Assembly: GCA_046597055.1 (NCBI GenBank)
Contig: JBKJLC010000132.1
Span: 1-11,884, forward strand
Length of the DNA stretch: 11,884 bases
Reading direction: 5' to 3'
Source of the DNA: Kofleriaceae bacterium
GTDB taxonomy: Bacteria; Myxococcota_A; Polyangia; Haliangiales; Haliangiaceae
Under the pieces are notes generated by a model. It did no database searches, was not told the origin of the DNA, and saw nothing but the letters and a program-made list of their open reading frames with translations. Of the stretch, positions 11,200-11,884 are shown one piece after another (the first letter of the stretch is position 1; each line of letters begins with the position of its first letter). The translations under genes and the position numbers were made by a program.

Positions 11200-11433
11200 T
11201 TGCCCGGGGGAGTTATCGCCACCGCCCCGAGGGCATGCGCGTGCGCGGCCCCGAGGCGATGTCGGATCTGGTCACGCACGTCCAGGACGCGCCCGAGGGC
11301 GAGCGCCTCACCGCGGCCAACCTCGGCGCGGTCGACGTCGAGACCCAGCGCCGCGCCCTGAGCGCGGCAGGGTCGTCGCGGCGGGGTCACCGCGGCAGAG
11401 CCGTGGCGGCAAGACTGAGCGCTTGGCCGTCAG

Positions 11434-11616
11434 GTCGGGGCCTGTGGACTCTGACGCCGCCGTGGACAGCCGCGCCTTCGAAGCTCGGACCGCTTCTGGG
11501 AAGCGTGATGGGCGCGCCTGCCCACCGCGGCTTGGATTGCCGCGCCCGCGGGTCGTGGGTATCGGGCGGACGGCGTGGATGGGCGCGCCAATCCACAGAT
11601 CCCACAGGCCGGCGAC
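11434..11616. other. Three-way-junction structured element with two paralogous arms (candidate ncRNA or folded ssDNA)
   Basis: P1 pairs 11439-11453 with 11596-11610 (GGCCTGTGG/CCACAGGCC plus TCTG/CAGA) and extends through GTCG/CGAC. P2 pairs 11456-11476 with 11511-11531 (18 of 21 Watson-Crick). P3 pairs 11533-11547 with 11581-11595 (14 of 15). The junction linkers are 2, 1 and 0 nt. All pairings were checked by hand. Confidence 0.8.
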
Positions 11617-11761
11617 TACCCCTGATCTTGAAACCTTTCCGGACCAGAACCAGAGCCGTACTGGATCGTCCCAGCACGGCGTCCACCCGCGCGACCTGCA
11701 CCGCGGGCCCGGGCCGCGGTCAACGCGGTCTCGACATGGTGTCGATCTCTCGTGCGGAGCG

Positions 11762-11884
11762 TCATCCGGGCGTGTCGTGGGTGGCGAAGTAGTGGAGGTC
11801 GCTCAGGACATACCCGTAGTTGACCGGGAGGCCGTCCCACTCGCACTGGCCGGTCTGTGGCGTGATCGCCAGATCGCGATTGCG
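11762..11884 (-). CDS. C-terminal 40 aa of a gene entering from the right edge; resembles the tail of DUF222/HNH endonuclease (13E12-repeat-type) proteins
   Basis: RNRDLAITPQTGQCEWDGLPVNYGYVLSDLHYFATHDTPG* has coding-like codon use and was missed by the ORF track because it has no start in the window. The L.I...T....WDG...(D/N)Y...(V/L)..L pattern is one I recall from DUF222-HNH C-termini. The HNH motif itself is not visible in this window. Confidence 0.55.
   Translation of the reverse strand, partial: RNRDLAITPQTGQCEWDGLPVNYGYVLSDLHYFATHDTPG

Noticed and set aside
11552..11560. 9-nt match (GTCGTGGGT) between variable segment 2 and the end of the HNH-like gene (11774-11782), as possible self-targeting
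   Set aside because: Too short to be significant in GC-rich DNA, and it does not extend on either side.
11456..11595. The two-unit element as a canonical CRISPR array or a tRNA
   Set aside because: The conserved parts pair across each variable segment and are enclosed by an outer stem, unlike CRISPR repeats. No cas gene is visible. There is no T-loop (GTTCRA) in a cloverleaf context, and the stems are too long for a tRNA.
11734..11742. ACATGGTGT, identical to the core of the proposed TetR operator (8628-8636)
   Set aside because: Only 9 bp, the outer T/A pair is missing, and it is not in a promoter. Most likely chance.
11178..11846. ORFs 11178..11792 (+), 11387..11701 (-) and 11616..11846 (-) as intact genes
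   Set aside because: They have low-complexity translations, no motifs and weak codon bias over the structured region. The last overlaps the better-supported frame that ends at 11762.

Overview
Very GC-rich (by eye, above 70%) bacterial DNA. The gene content (a Hanks kinase-AAA-TPR fusion, a DUF4832 lipoprotein, a DxDGDG-type gene remnant) suggests a myxobacterium, which is an inference. From left to right: (1) the 3' part of an FAD/NAD(P)-binding oxidoreductase, translationally coupled to an acetoacetate-decarboxylase-fold gene; (2) a 1242-aa Ser/Thr kinase-AAA ATPase-helical-repeat (STAND-like) protein; (3) a convergent, truncated gene remnant; (4) a DUF4874/DUF4832 lipoprotein whose 3' end is duplicated in tandem; (5) a divergent TetR / nitronate-monooxygenase-family pair; (6) a PLP class I/II aminotransferase; (7) about 620 nt with no convincing intact gene; and (8) the 3' end of a minus-strand gene resembling DUF222/HNH-endonuclease proteins. 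The most striking unexplained signal is in region 7. It is a near-perfect three-way junction (11434-11616) whose two arms are copies of one unit, each carrying a different 26-nt variable segment. Three more hairpins lie between it and the stop codon of the putative HNH-family gene. This could be a structured ncRNA or ssDNA element linked to a nuclease or mobile element.
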